Source: Octopus bimaculoides
Taxonomy: Eukaryota
Direction of reading: 5' to 3'
Assembly (NCBI RefSeq): GCF_001194135.2
Contig: NC_068983.1
Coordinates: 101,442,346 to 101,506,345, forward strand
DNA: 64,000 nucleotides
A model generated the notes under the pieces. That model made no database searches. It was not told the origin of the DNA and saw only the letters and a program-made list of their open reading frames with translations. Shown here piece after piece: positions 63,641-64,000 of this stretch. How positions within the stretch are numbered: the first letter of the stretch is position 1; each line of letters begins with the position of its first letter. Both the position numbers and the translations under genes were made by a program.

Positions 63641-64000
63641 AGAGAATCCAAGAAACCAGCTCTATGTGCCTGTATGTCTTGGGATGGAGCTTTAACCTTT
63701 TCTTTTTTAAAGTCAATAACACAAAATACCTTAGTATCTGGCATATTGAGTTTATAGGTCATCATTGAGCATTCAACTGCTATATCTCTATCATATATAA
63801 CTCAGAGCTAACAAGAAGTAGCAGTCAGTTGAGTTTATATATAGCTAATTGAGTATAACTTAGTCTTTCAAGATAGATTTAAATTGTAAAATAACTCTAA
63901 ATTAGTAAATTGGAAATAATTTCACTGTTCTCTCTTCCAGTGATACCATAATTGCCAACTTATCCAATGTTTTATAATATAATTAAAAATGAGAATGTCT

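Noticed and set aside
62685-64000. Next upstream OPA1 exon (TIFVLTKVD region)
   Set aside because: No matching codons found; it must lie beyond the window.

Overview
AT-rich, repeat-dense animal genomic DNA with three N gaps. It is most likely a coleoid cephalopod (Octopus-like), inferred from HTGEKPYHCDICGKSF-type zinc fingers and tRNA-headed SINE families. The only intact protein-coding gene is the 3' part of OPA1 (mitochondrial dynamin-like GTPase) on the minus strand: 15 GT-AG exons from 62684 to the stop at 37938, 1437 nt, joining into one open 478-aa frame. Its 5' exons lie beyond the window. The left part holds a decayed C2H2 zinc-finger gene (~10.8-11.5 kb) and a complex duplication/fold-back rearrangement derived from ZNF-like sequence (13.7-17.3 kb). 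Transposon remnants include mariner, pogo/Tigger, hAT, Tc1 and piggyBac MITEs, a Helentron-type element, RTE LINEs, several SINE families and an internally deleted Gypsy LTR element in an OPA1 intron. The most unusual object is a 407-bp insertion (59999-60405, 12-bp TSD) inside that Gypsy element. It has a tRNA-like Pol III head and an (AAT)n tract between two inverted arms, each carrying a minimal type I hammerhead-ribozyme-like motif. This suggests a Penelope-mobilised, ribozyme-terminated SINE. A second family of hammerhead-like repeats occurs at 15.7 kb and 51.0 kb. All coordinates were read by hand; repeat boundaries are approximate unless a TSD is cited.
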